Source of the DNA: Armatimonadota bacterium
Lineage (GTDB): Bacteria; Armatimonadota; HRBIN16
Length of the DNA stretch: 64,000 bases
Direction: 5' to 3'
Assembly (NCBI GenBank): GCA_040289885.1
Contig: PSLZ01000004.1
Span: 54,094 to 118,093, forward strand
Below the pieces are notes generated by a model. The model was not told the DNA's origin and made no database searches. It saw nothing but the letters and a program-made list of their open reading frames with translations. This document shows positions 1 through 9,808 of the stretch, piece after piece. The position numbers and the translations under genes were made by a program. Within the stretch, counting starts at the first letter, position 1. Each line of letters starts with the position of its first letter.

Positions 1-2
1 GG

Positions 3-779
3 CTGGAGGCTACTCTTGGCAAGGTGGTGGACCATGCTAAGCCGGCGGTGTTTCCCGACGCCGTGCGCGAGCGTTGCCCCGATCTGGCGCAGGCCTTCAA
101 GGGACATCTCCTAGTGATCCCGCTGGCAGTGCACCAGTATCTGTGGGGATTGCTGATTCTAGAGCGCGAGGCACATCGCGAGCCGTTTGTGAAGGGCGAT
201 TACCAGCTGATTCGCGTGCTGGTAGAGCATCTGGCAGTTCTGCTCGAGAACCTGCGCCTCTATCGTCAGACCGCAGATATGGCGGTACGAGACGGTCTAA
301 CGGGGCTATTGAACCATCGCCGCCTGTACGAACGCATGAAAGAGGAGCTTTCGCGCTCTCTGCGCTACCATCACCCGATGACCTTGCTGATGATCGATAT
401 GGACTATTTCAAACGGTATAACGATACCTACGGTCACCAGCAAGGCGATGAAGTGCTTCGGCTTCTGGCAGAGATCCTGCGACAGAACGTGCGCCAGAGC
501 GATATTGTGGGTAGGTATGGTGGCGAGGAGTTTGCGGTGATCCTGCCCGAGACCAGCAAGGGCGCGGCGGTGGGGCTGGCACAGAGGCTGTGTGAGGTGG
601 TGGCGAACACGCCGTTCCCCGGTCACCCCGGCGGACCGCCCGTGCGGTGCACCATCAGCATCGGTGTGGCAAGCTATCCGGAAGATGGTCTGACCGTCTC
701 GGATCTGGTGTCAGCGGCGGACACCGCCCTGTACCGGGCGAAGCGATTCGGTAAGAACCGGGTGGTGGTAGCGCCGTGA
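3..779 (+). CDS. GGDEF diguanylate cyclase, 5' end outside window (sensor region upstream)
   Basis: The frame is open back to position 3. It carries RDGLTGLLNHRR, the GGEEF active site, and an RQSD I-site 5 residues upstream of GGEEF. Confidence 0.85.
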   Translation: MEATLGKVVDHAKPAVFPDAVRERCPDLAQAFKGHLLVIPLAVHQYLWGLLILEREAHREPFVKGDYQLIRVLVEHLAVLLENLRLYRQTADMAVRDGLTGLLNHRRLYERMKEELSRSLRYHHPMTLLMIDMDYFKRYNDTYGHQQGDEVLRLLAEILRQNVRQSDIVGRYGGEEFAVILPETSKGAAVGLAQRLCEVVANTPFPGHPGGPPVRCTISIGVASYPEDGLTVSDLVSAADTALYRAKRFGKNRVVVAP

Positions 780-1552
780 ACAAGGCACTGGCGGTGGTGT
801 TAACGGCGGGGGGGCGTATCGTCCGGCAGGATTTCCCCAACGCGGTGCTGGAGGACGGGGACAGCGGTTACAAGTGTTTGCTGAAAGTGAAGGGGCGCAC
901 TTTGCTGGAAACGGTGTTGGAGGCGGTACGCGGATGGGGCGGAGCGGACAGGGTGGTGGTTGTAGGCAACCCGCTGTTGCAGAGGTGGCTCCACGCCCCG
1001 AACGAGGTGCTGGTACCCGAACGAGCGGAGGCGCACGAAAACCTGATCGCAGGGCTGGAGGCAGTAGCCCGATATCCGCGTGTGCTCTATCTCACCACCG
1101 ACCTGCCCTTTGTCACGGCGGAAGCCATCGCGCATTTCGTCGCTTCGTGCCCGCCCGATGCACAGGTCTGTTACGCCGTGGTGCGGCGAGAAGCCTTCGA
1201 GGCACGCTTCCCGGGTTCACCGAGCAGTTATGCCCGCCTGCGGGATGGCGAGTTCGCCGGAGGCTGTGCCGCGATGGTGGAACCCGGCGTTCTGCTGGCA
1301 CGCAAGGAGTGGATCCGTCGGGTGGCAGAGCGGCGCAAGAGCCTGTGGCGGCTCGCTCTGATTGCGGGAGCAAGCATGCTGTGGAAGTACGCCACGCGCC
1401 GGCTGACGGTAGCCGACGTGGAACGGCGTGCGGAATACCTGCTGGGAGCGCGTTGTCGGGCGGTGGAGTGCGATGCCGTACTGGCTTACGATATAGACAC
1501 TCCGCAGGAGTACCTCTACGCCTTGAGGGTAGCTGATGACCGAGCTGGCTAA
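776..1552 (+). CDS. MobA-like nucleotidyltransferase family protein
   Basis: N-terminal AVVLTAGGR glycine loop typical of the NTP_transf_3 fold. The GTG start overlaps the GGDEF stop (GTGA). Confidence 0.55.
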   Translation: MNKALAVVLTAGGRIVRQDFPNAVLEDGDSGYKCLLKVKGRTLLETVLEAVRGWGGADRVVVVGNPLLQRWLHAPNEVLVPERAEAHENLIAGLEAVARYPRVLYLTTDLPFVTAEAIAHFVASCPPDAQVCYAVVRREAFEARFPGSPSSYARLRDGEFAGGCAAMVEPGVLLARKEWIRRVAERRKSLWRLALIAGASMLWKYATRRLTVADVERRAEYLLGARCRAVECDAVLAYDIDTPQEYLYALRVADDRAG

Positions 1553-2417
1553 GCGCGTGATGACCGCGTTGATAGGCATCCCGCTGTTCCTGCTGGCGAT
1601 GGTTGGTCCGCCGCGCTCCGTGATGCCGGAGGGAAGCACGTGGACGGTTCTGGTGATGCTGATGGCACTGCTGGGCGCGGTGGAGATGCTGACGGCAGTG
1701 GAGCAGACCTACCCCGAGGTGCGCGTGAACCGCTTGCTGGCGATGCTGGCGGTGTACCTGCCTTTTGACGCCTGGCTAGGTGTACAGCAGTCGGTGTCCC
1801 TTCTTCCGACGACGCGGTTAACCGCCATCGGGGCGGTGCTGGTGGCGTTAGCGTGGGAGGTGTGGCAGGCGGAAAGGCAGGGGAAGAACAGTGTCTGGCG
1901 CAATGTGGGTTCTGGTGCGTTGATCGCCCTGTACCTTGGGGTGTTGTTCAGCACCTGGGTCAGCTTGCGGTTGGTGGACACCGGTTGTGCGAGGGTAGGG
2001 TGGCTGTCGGATGGCTTGCGTTTGGTATTGCTGGGTTGTGTCTCGGTGTGGATATGCGACACCTCCGCCTATTTGGTGGGCAAGCGTTTGGGGCGCCGGC
2101 GGATGTCTCCTCTACTCAGTCCGCGTAAGAGCTGGGAAGGGGCGATTGCGGGAGTGTTGTTCGGCACAGTGGGGGCGGTGATAGCGTCGGTGTGGCTGGG
2201 TGTACCACTGCTTTCGGCGGTGGTGTTTGGAGGATGTGCCACCGCCATGGGGCAGGTAGGTGACCTGTTCGAGAGCGCACTGAAGCGCGAGATGCAAAGG
2301 AAAGATTTCGGGATTCTACTTCCCGGGCACGGCGGCGTGATGGACAGATTCGACAGCCTGCTGTTCGCTTTACCAGTTCTTTACGTGCTGAGCCACTTTT
2401 TGCCGATTTGCTCGTAG
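1536..2417 (+). CDS. cdsA: phosphatidate cytidylyltransferase
   Basis: Polytopic membrane protein with the CdsA signature SPRKSWEGAIAG...GDLFESALKR...KDFGxLLPGHGGVMDRFDS. It overlaps the upstream gene by 17 nt. Confidence 0.85.
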   Translation: MTELAKRVMTALIGIPLFLLAMVGPPRSVMPEGSTWTVLVMLMALLGAVEMLTAVEQTYPEVRVNRLLAMLAVYLPFDAWLGVQQSVSLLPTTRLTAIGAVLVALAWEVWQAERQGKNSVWRNVGSGALIALYLGVLFSTWVSLRLVDTGCARVGWLSDGLRLVLLGCVSVWICDTSAYLVGKRLGRRRMSPLLSPRKSWEGAIAGVLFGTVGAVIASVWLGVPLLSAVVFGGCATAMGQVGDLFESALKREMQRKDFGILLPGHGGVMDRFDSLLFALPVLYVLSHFLPICS

Positions 2418-2487
2418 ATCTAACAGAGCGACCGTCCTCTGGCGTGTGGAAAGAACCCCATGAACATTGACGGAGAGAGGATAGCGC

Positions 2488-3396
2488 ATGGCTGTTCTTT
2501 TGGCGGAGAGTGCGATTGTTGACCAGCCTCCGGCATGGTGGCAGCGTGCACTGGTAGCGGATGGGCAATCCTGGGTGTGGGTCGGCACGCTCCTCATCAG
2601 CCTCACATTGATTGCGGTGCTTGCTCTGCGCTACATGTACTATCTTTGGTGGCTCCATCGTATCCGCCTGCTCCGCGGACAGGGTTTGCTTTCCTCCTCT
2701 GAACTGCGTGTGGGACAGTGCGCCTATCTACAGGTGCTGGAAGGAAGCGAGGAAGAGCGTCTCCGGCGGTGGCGCACGATGGTGCGAGGCGTGCAATCCG
2801 ATGTGGTGGCGGTGGACCTGCCGATCGCGCCGGACGGGGGAGAGTCGTTTGTGCCCGGTGCCCTTGTGGTGCTGGCGGTGAGCGCCATCGACAGCCTGTA
2901 CGTGATGGAGACCGAGGTGGTGGACATCGGCGGAGGCGAGCCAGGGGTGCTGAACCTGCGCAGACAGCCGTTTCTGCATCGTCTCCAACGACGACAGTTC
3001 GCCCGTGTAGAGTTGTTTGCCCCAGCGACGGTGGATGTGGTGGGCGGAAAAAGCATCGGTCGGTATGCCTGCACGATAGTTGACATCGGCGGGGGCGGAG
3101 CGTGCCTGCAGGTGCCGGTCGCTGTGTCGGTGGGCAGTGTGGTACGTCTGGAATGTCCCGCGCTCGCCGAGGTGCTTCCCGAAACCGCCCGACTGATGGT
3201 GGTTGGCTTCTCGGAAACGGTGGCGGATGGACATCTGGAATATCGCCTGCACTGTGCCTTTACCGACCTGAACGCCGAGCAGATGGAGCGGATAGCCCGT
3301 TTCGTGCACCGGAAACAGCGGGAGGCAGTGGCGGAACGCAGATGGCATGTGCCACAGGACAACGCCCTATCGGACCTAAAATCCGCCTCTTCGTAA
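2488..3396 (+). CDS. PilZ domain protein with N-terminal TM segment
   Basis: RQFAR (RxxxR) followed by DIGGGG (a DxSxxG variant). An N-terminal hydrophobic helix is present. Confidence 0.65.
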   Translation: MAVLLAESAIVDQPPAWWQRALVADGQSWVWVGTLLISLTLIAVLALRYMYYLWWLHRIRLLRGQGLLSSSELRVGQCAYLQVLEGSEEERLRRWRTMVRGVQSDVVAVDLPIAPDGGESFVPGALVVLAVSAIDSLYVMETEVVDIGGGEPGVLNLRRQPFLHRLQRRQFARVELFAPATVDVVGGKSIGRYACTIVDIGGGGACLQVPVAVSVGSVVRLECPALAEVLPETARLMVVGFSETVADGHLEYRLHCAFTDLNAEQMERIARFVHRKQREAVAERRWHVPQDNALSDLKSASS

Positions 3397-3404
3397 GCCG
3401 ATAA

Positions 3405-4070
3405 TTGCAGTTAATACCGTTTCGGAACGGGGCGATGCCGGTGTTTCATGTAGGCGATCCGGTACAGATACACTTCAAGCTGGGGAACACTGCTATTGCT
3501 TTGCAAGGGAAGCTGGCGCAGATGGTGCGCCCGCTGATGGAGGTTCACCTGACCGAGGAGCCGCTACACAACGGTGCAGTGAAGCCCGGCATGTGCGTGC
3601 TGGTGGTGATCAGCGGGGGCACTGGCGTCTATACCGCAGAGGCAAGTATCCAGCAATACCGTCCGCATACGGGGCAAGTGGTTGTCGCCGTCAACGGCTC
3701 GTTCCGCTTTCAGCAAAGGCGCCAGCACGAGCGCTATCGCTGTGATATGCAAGTACGCCTGCGCGTGGTGGGGGACGCTGAATGGATAACCGGTACCTGC
3801 CGTGATATTTCGGCAGGAGGAGCGCGCATCTATTTGCCTCAAGAGTTCGTGCTCCGTTCCAATACACTGGAGATCGTCTTCATTGCACCCACGAACCAGC
3901 AGGCGGTGCGCGCGATAGCAGAGGTGGTGCGTACCAGCAAACTGCTGGAAGAGACGGGATGGGAGGTCGGCGTTCGCTTCACCGAAATGGACCGGATGGA
4001 GAAGATTCGTTTCGCACGCCTGCTTCAGCACTGGGCATCTGCCGAAGGGCACGAGCCGATACATCCGTAG
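3405..4070 (+). CDS. PilZ domain protein
   Basis: RQHER (RxxxR) and DISAGG (DxSxxG). The true start may be the ATG at 3435 (MPVFHVGD). Confidence 0.7.
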   Translation: MQLIPFRNGAMPVFHVGDPVQIHFKLGNTAIALQGKLAQMVRPLMEVHLTEEPLHNGAVKPGMCVLVVISGGTGVYTAEASIQQYRPHTGQVVVAVNGSFRFQQRRQHERYRCDMQVRLRVVGDAEWITGTCRDISAGGARIYLPQEFVLRSNTLEIVFIAPTNQQAVRAIAEVVRTSKLLEETGWEVGVRFTEMDRMEKIRFARLLQHWASAEGHEPIHP

Positions 4071-4826
4071 TCATCCTCGCACCAGCTCCGCCAGTTGCTC
4101 TACCAGGATCGCTCCTTCAAACATCAGCATACCGTCTCCTACGGCGACGCGCTCGATGCGAACGGGCGCCTTAATGCCCGAAAGGTCCAGCAGAGGGCGG
4201 TTGAGGAACATCTCTGACAGCAGTTCCCGTACCTTTTCCGGCACCGAAATCCCCACCACCTTCACTTCGGAGGCTTCGAACCATATCTGCGTGCCCTCCC
4301 GAAGGCGGAGTTGACCGCTCAGCTCCCCAGATAGCTGGACACCGAGACGGGTATGCACGTCGATAGACAGTTTGACCTCGCCGGCACGACTGCGCACGCG
4401 CAGGTTATCCAGGTGCGAAACCACGAGGCTCCACGGCGAACGCACCGGGGGAAGCAGGTCACTCAAATAGGACTGCAGAGCGTCGTCGCCCAGCACCGCG
4501 TGGAAAGAGCCTTTTTGCACCCTGAGCGGCTCGTCTTTGCGATATTCGATGCCCTCCAGCTCGATAACCACCTCCCGTAAAGTTAAGCCGGGCTGAATCT
4601 CCACCCCTTCGCCCACCATGCGGGCGGATTGCACCTTTCCCTGAAGCATTCGTTCATGCCTCCCGAAGAGATACGCGCGATACCGTTTTGCCGGTCCGAT
4701 CAAGCGAGGCAGTTGTGCCTCTACTCGCTTCTCTACTAGTCGGCGCGGGTGCACCCCGCATCCACCCAGCGCCAGCACGACGACCAGGCAGGGTGTCCAC
4801 CGAACGTTTTTACGTGCGCTTTGCAT
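4071..4826 (-). CDS. DUF2993/LmeA-like lipoprotein
   Basis: Signal peptide with lipobox LALGGC. The beta-rich body resembles the LmeA/DUF2993 family, judged by recognition only. Confidence 0.45.
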   Translation of the reverse strand: MQSARKNVRWTPCLVVVLALGGCGVHPRRLVEKRVEAQLPRLIGPAKRYRAYLFGRHERMLQGKVQSARMVGEGVEIQPGLTLREVVIELEGIEYRKDEPLRVQKGSFHAVLGDDALQSYLSDLLPPVRSPWSLVVSHLDNLRVRSRAGEVKLSIDVHTRLGVQLSGELSGQLRLREGTQIWFEASEVKVVGISVPEKVRELLSEMFLNRPLLDLSGIKAPVRIERVAVGDGMLMFEGAILVEQLAELVRG

Positions 4827-4928
4827 GGCAACAGTATACCCTAATATACCCTACGCTCGACGTCCAATAAGTTCCTGCAAGTTTTCCGATGGATTTTACA
4901 AAAAATATCAAGATTTTGAGCAAACATA

Positions 4929-4957
4929 TTGATTTTTTGAAAGTCATGATGTATAAT
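4929..4957 (+). promoter_or_regulatory. sigma70-type promoter, TTGATT-17-TATAAT
   Basis: -35 at 4929-4934 and -10 at 4952-4957, inside an AT-rich island. GGAGGTGAGG SD sits upstream of the ATG at 4982. Confidence 0.45.
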
Positions 4958-4981
4958 CTAAAGCAGTGGAGGTGAGGAACA

Positions 4982-5374
4982 ATGTACTCCGTTCCTGCAA
5001 GGTGTCCGGTGTGCGGTGGCAGTTTGCAGATTCGCGAAGTAGTGTGTGAGAACTGCCACACGCAGATAGGAGGGGAGTTCTCGGCGTCCACGTGTCGGTA
5101 CTGTAGGCTTGATGCGGACCAGCGGCAGTTTCTGGAGGTGTTTCTGCGGTGTCGCGGCGTGTATAACTGCGTGGAGCGCGAGCTGAACATCTCATATCCT
5201 ACGGTGAAGGCGCGGCTGGAGGCGCTACTGCAGGCGCTGGGTCTGTCGGCTGTGGGTGACGAGAAAGCGGAGGAGATGGACGTGCAGGCGCGTCGGACCG
5301 CTATTCTGGATGCGCTGGAGCGCGGCGAGATGACTGCAGAGGAAGCGGCGGAAGCGCTGCGCCGGTTGCAGTAG
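4982..5374 (+). CDS. DUF2089 zinc-ribbon/HTH protein with SHOCT-like tail
   Basis: CPVCGG...CENC zinc ribbon, RQFLEVFLRCRG...YPTVKARL HTH-like segment, and a C-terminal EMTAEEAAEALRRL. Confidence 0.7.
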   Translation: MYSVPARCPVCGGSLQIREVVCENCHTQIGGEFSASTCRYCRLDADQRQFLEVFLRCRGVYNCVERELNISYPTVKARLEALLQALGLSAVGDEKAEEMDVQARRTAILDALERGEMTAEEAAEALRRLQ

Positions 5375-5386
5375 GAGGTGCGGGCA

Positions 5387-6562
5387 ATGAGTGAGGAACT
5401 GAAGCGAATCCTGCGGATGGTGCGTGAGGGCAAGCTGACCCCCGAGCAGGCGGAACTGCTGATCGAAGCGCTGATGGCAAAGCCCGGTGAGAAAGGCAAG
5501 CGCAAGGAGGAAGCCGCCTTCGAGGAGGCAATAGAGCAGTTGCGCAAAGCCTTTCAGGGGGTGGACTGGCGACGAATCCAGCAGGAGTGGCGCCGTATCA
5601 GCGAGGAGATTCGCGAGCAGACCCGCCGCGGCTGGGAAGAGGCGGCGCGCGCCTTTCGCGGCATGGGACGCTGGGATATCGACCTGCGGCTTGGCGCGGT
5701 GCAGGATGTGGAGTTTGACCAGAGCATAGACATTCCTGCGGGCGCACGGCTGATCGTACAGAACGTGCTGGGCGATGTGCACGTGCGCGGCACGGAGGGC
5801 ACCACCCAGATGCGCGTGCATGCCGAGGGCACCATCCGCGCCGAGGCGCCCGAACAAGCCGAGATGACCGCCGGAGCGTGGTCGCCGGTGATCGAACAGT
5901 GTGGCGATGTGGTGTTCGTGCGGGTGGCTCGGGCGGGTAAGTTCGCCTCCGCCGATGTGGACATCACCGTGCCCACGGGCATTTCGGTGGAGATACAATC
6001 CACCGCGGGCGACGTGCTCGTGGAGGGGACGCGCGCCCCGGTCAGCGTGGAGAGTGCAAGCGGCGACATCACCGTGCGCGAGGCAACGGGCAAGGTGCGC
6101 CTGATCTCTGCCAGCGGCGACATCGCTGTCGAGCACTCCGAAACCGAAAGCATCGACACACAAACACAGAGCGGGGACATCCGCTGTGAAAACTGCACCT
6201 GCACGGGCGCAGAGGGTCTGCGGGCGCGTACCGCCAGCGGTGACCTTGTGATGCGACAGGTGAGCGCGAGGCAGGTATCGCTGACCTCCGCCAGCGGCGA
6301 TATTCGGTTAGAGTTTGGTGCGCCCTTCAGCGGCGAGGCGCATCTGCAGACCGCCAGTGGCGACGTGGCAATCGGTTTGCCGCAAGGCTCGTATTGCACC
6401 ATTCGGGTCATCTCCACCGACGGCGAGGTGCAGAATCATCTCGGCATCGCGCTCACACGCAACGAGCGCGGCGAGTGGGAAGGCACCTTCGGCGCGGGCA
6501 CGGAGATGGGCACGGTGGTAGCGCGAACCATCCGGGGGGATGTGATTTTGCGCACGCTCTGA
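5387..6562 (+). CDS. SHOCT-like N-terminus plus DUF4097 beta-repeat (putative adhesin/LiaG-like) protein
   Basis: Six SASGDI/TASGD(V/L) repeat units, with KLTPEQAELLIEAL at the N-terminus. GGAGGTG SD lies 7 nt upstream of the ATG at 5387. Confidence 0.7.
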   Translation: MSEELKRILRMVREGKLTPEQAELLIEALMAKPGEKGKRKEEAAFEEAIEQLRKAFQGVDWRRIQQEWRRISEEIREQTRRGWEEAARAFRGMGRWDIDLRLGAVQDVEFDQSIDIPAGARLIVQNVLGDVHVRGTEGTTQMRVHAEGTIRAEAPEQAEMTAGAWSPVIEQCGDVVFVRVARAGKFASADVDITVPTGISVEIQSTAGDVLVEGTRAPVSVESASGDITVREATGKVRLISASGDIAVEHSETESIDTQTQSGDIRCENCTCTGAEGLRARTASGDLVMRQVSARQVSLTSASGDIRLEFGAPFSGEAHLQTASGDVAIGLPQGSYCTIRVISTDGEVQNHLGIALTRNERGEWEGTFGAGTEMGTVVARTIRGDVILRTL

Positions 6563-6604
6563 GCCTTTATCGCAACACAAACAACCAAATACCCCCTGAC
6601 CTTG

Positions 6605-6635
6605 GACGCTGGCGAAAAAACCAGCGTCTTTTTTT
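6605..6635 (+). terminator. intrinsic terminator
   Basis: Hairpin GACGCTGG-loop-CCAGCGTC followed by T7. Confidence 0.75.
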
Positions 6636-6660
6636 GTCTCGTCCTCGTGGCTCGGGGCGA

Positions 6661-7514
6661 TTACTGCTCGCTCCCAGGGCATGTGGAGAAGTCTTCGGAA
6701 TCGGGATCCTGCTTGCCCCCGAACAGACCGTTGGGACGCACATACCCCAACTCCACCTTGCCCGTGTAGGAACCCCTGTGGGGCGAGCGCCGATGGCGGT
6801 AATAGTCGGCATACACCTGCTTGGCTTTCTCCACCGCTCGGTCTTTGGGGAAACTTACTGTGTGAGACTCCACCTGCACAGTATCCCACGCCCATCTGAA
6901 AAATACCAGTGTTCCATCCTGTGCATCGACCGCCCATACATGTGATTTTCAGGGCACAGGCCTAAGGAAGAGTAGCCAAAGGGCTTCTCATGGAAGGTTA
7001 CTGCAACATAGCCCGCCTTGCTTGCATCGGCATGGGGGGACTCTCCGTCCGCGTAGCACGAGAACTTCTTCAAGACAGCCGAACGAGGAAGCCCAAACTG
7101 CTTTGCTAACCGGGTAACATACTGCAACGCTTCTTCCCTTGACCGATAGAAGGTCTTGCCAGTGCGCCCAACCCCCTTCGCCTGCTCCCAGGCGTGACGC
7201 CCATTGGAGAAGGTTCTCACTTCGCCAGTTACGGCATCTATTTGAACAGTGTAGGCATCACCCCATTTGACCTGCCACCTCTTCCTGCCGAACAGGTTCT
7301 CTACTTCTTCGATGGATACTGGAAGATTGGGTACCGCGATGCCTGCAGACCGCAAGAACGCCTCCGCTTTCCGCTGGGCAGTTTCTGCGTTCAGAGGCTG
7401 GGCAGATTCGGACCTGCTTGTTGTCCAGGTGAAAAACGCCGTCAGTGCTAGCAAGACCAGCCCACCGCACAACAGGGCAATACGCGCTTGCCGACGATTG
7501 TTCATGTCTTCCAC
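6661..7514 (-). pseudogene. PepSY-like membrane-anchored protein, one frameshift near 6935
   Basis: ORF 6855-7514 has a TM anchor and a PepSY-like segment (AEAFLRSAG...VTGEVRTF). The reading continues in another frame from about 6935 (VWAVDAQDGTLVFF...) to 6661. Confidence 0.45.
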
Positions 7515-8624
7515 CTCCTCCTAATAATGCCAGAAGTTTGGTGCAGGTGTATCCGTTCCAGTATAGACCCGTATAGCCGGGCATAGTAGTCGCCCCATAC
7601 ACTGACATACTCACGCGCCTCAGCATCGCTGATCGGATCGGACCGATCTAGATACCTTCGCACCATTTCATTCCTGGCCTGAAGTGCCATTTTGCCCTGC
7701 GCCAGTGCCGTCCAAAACGCTTCATTGCAAACGCGTGTGCGGTTGACCAATGTCCGGATACGCCACCCCACCTGCGCCTGGTTCTCACACCAGTTGTGTG
7801 TGTACGCATTGTCGTATGGCTCTAGAAGCGCATAAGCAAACGCGCTGTTCAAACCGGTCAAACAGGCGTCTACAAATGCTAACCCAATCGGCGGAGTGCC
7901 TGTGTTGAACGGAGGGACGCCGGAACCAACCGCATCCAGACGCACCGCGTCTACCTCAGCAGGGTAGATAAACTCTCCCACGTCTGACTCAATCCATGCT
8001 AGCGCCGTGTGCTCTCCTTCTACACCGTAGCCATGGGTATTCACGTAGAAAACCGTACAAGGATACAGGTCGCCCAAAAGCATCTGTTTTGTCCACCCCG
8101 GTGCAATGCAGGTATGCGAGACGTCGTGGTTCATAAACTCCAGCCACTGCAAGGCTTGCGGCACCCCCGCCTCGGTGCATAAGGATCGTTCTCCCACTCA
8201 CTGCGCCCATATAGGGTCGCTTTGTTATACACCCGGATAGACCGCGAGGTGGAAGCCGTTGCACCCGTGGAATCCCAGGCTTCTGCGTAAAGCTCTATGT
8301 TCGTGTTATCCGCAAAATGGGTGCTAGCGAACCGGGTGACCACGTCTATATAGGGCAGGAAAATCCCCGTGAGCGTGAAGTCCTTCACTGTCTCCCCACC
8401 GATTTTGACCCGCACCCGGGTCATAAAGGCATAAGGGGTATCCGTATAGGCGTGAACCACGAACTCACAGCGCGTTCCGCTAGCGTAGTTGGGGCGCTGT
8501 TCTGCCCGGGAACGGTTCCCACAGGATGCTCACATGCACACCAGCCAAGGCGGTCGCGCTGAGCACATACAACCCCACCACAAACACCAGCTTCCACCAT
8601 GAGTGGATGGAACCCCTTTTTCAT
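7502..8624 (-). pseudogene. secreted protein with clan CD (caspase/CHAT/gingipain-like) His-Cys motifs, multiple frameshifts
   Basis: Fragments 8421-8624, 8131-8460 and 7502-8197 lie in different frames. A good signal peptide (WWKLVFVVGLYVLSATALAG) appears only in a frame shifted after ATGAAAAAGGGG. Motifs YVNTHGYG and FVDACLTG are present. Confidence 0.4.
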
Positions 8625-8751
8625 CGGTTGCTCCCTCCTTGCGTTTGGATATTAGAGCCTCTATGCTCCTCCCATAATACATAATAATATTCGATTCACA
8701 CCCCCCAAAAGGGGACATTTTCGAGGGACTTCCCAAAAATTTTTTCCCCGT

Positions 8752-9290
8752 TCAGCAAGCTATGGCGTATCCCCCCCGCTTGTCCTGCACATGGAAATGT
8801 TTCCTCAAGCGATGGATAGCACGGTGATACATCTCGCGCACCGCAGACGGCGTGCAACCCATCGCCTCGGCAATCTCGCCAAAACCCATCTCCTCCTCAA
8901 AATGCATCTGCAGAACCTGCCGCTGTTTGCCCGTCAGCACCTGCAGGCACTCCTGCAAAAACTCTCCCCCTCCTCCATCCCCGTGGCGGGGGCGGGGTAA
9001 CCGCGCACGTCATCCAGAGACACGAGCCGTTCACGCTCACGGTATCGCCGACGTAGGTGGTCACGGAGTACGGCGAGGCAGGTTCGCTTCGTGTATGCTG
9101 GCGGGGCGTCTTCCGGGGTAAAGCCTGCCTGACACAGGCGCAGACACACCTCTTGCACAAGGTCTCCGGCTTCCTGTGCCGTGCACCCTTGCAGGGTGAA
9201 GAAGTGGCGTATCTGCGCTCGTGGCGACATGGCTGGTGCTTGGGTGTTATCGGGATGTTTTATTATCGCAAGAGGGGATGTTTTTGTCAA
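8752..9290 (-). pseudogene. ECF-type sigma-70 factor split by a frameshift
   Basis: The region-2-like half (8934-9290) and the region-4 HTH half (8752-8958; LTGKQRQVLQMHFEEEMGFGEIAEAMGCTPSAVREMYHRA) are in different frames. They join at A5/C5 homopolymers, 8957-8970. Confidence 0.7.
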
Positions 9291-9499
9291 CAGATTTGGT
9301 AACGGGGGAAGTGAGGTCTCTTTGCTGTTGGAGGGCGAACGTCCTCGTGAGCCGTCCTGCGGGCGTGGGGTGTTCGGCTTGGTGTGAGGCTCGCCCGCTG
9401 TGCAAGTGGTGAATAGGAGAGAGGGTGAGGCACATCCACATCCCCCTTATTGCGCCAAGCGTTACGCAAGAGGCTCAGAGCCGTTCTCTTGGCATAGCC

Positions 9500-9808
9500 C
9501 TAATCGAAATCGAACAGGTCCTCTAGAAACGACTTGCGCTTCCTGCGCTTGTGAAAATGCTCGTGCTCGTCGTCATCATATTCCCGATACCTGGGGTGCC
9601 GCTCGCCACGATCGAGATAGCCCTCGGCGGATGGACGAGCAGTGTACGGCACGCGCGCCGATGCCCGTTCGAGAATCTTGTCCAGTTCACCCCGGTCCAA
9701 CCACACCCCACGGCAGTGCGGACAGTAGTCTATTTCTATACCGTCCCTGTCAACAGGTACCAGTATTTCCTGACAGGATGGGCAGAGCAATCTCCCGGTT
9801 ACTCGCAT
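9500..9808 (-). CDS. zf-TFIIB-type zinc-ribbon protein
   Basis: CPSC...CPHCRGVWLDRGELDKI, with a charged C-terminal tail. AGGAGG SD lies before the ATG at 9808; the track ORF is 5'-extended. Confidence 0.7.
   Translation of the reverse strand: MRVTGRLLCPSCQEILVPVDRDGIEIDYCPHCRGVWLDRGELDKILERASARVPYTARPSAEGYLDRGERHPRYREYDDDEHEHFHKRRKRKSFLEDLFDFD

Noticed and set aside
5225-6163. Large antisense or shadow ORFs, for example 5225-6163, 5554-6417, 28885-29997, 43322-44089, 50145-51050, 57339-58193 and 59442-60191.
   Set aside because: They lie opposite well-supported genes, have Arg/His/Gly-rich low-complexity translations and lack SD sites. This is the typical mirror-frame artefact of GC-rich DNA.
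6600-9300. Genomic island or prophage interpretation of the lower-GC stretches (6.6-9.3 kb and 26.3-27.6 kb).
   Set aside because: No integrase, transposase, direct repeats or flanking tRNA were seen. GC was judged by eye only, so horizontal origin remains a suggestion and not a call.
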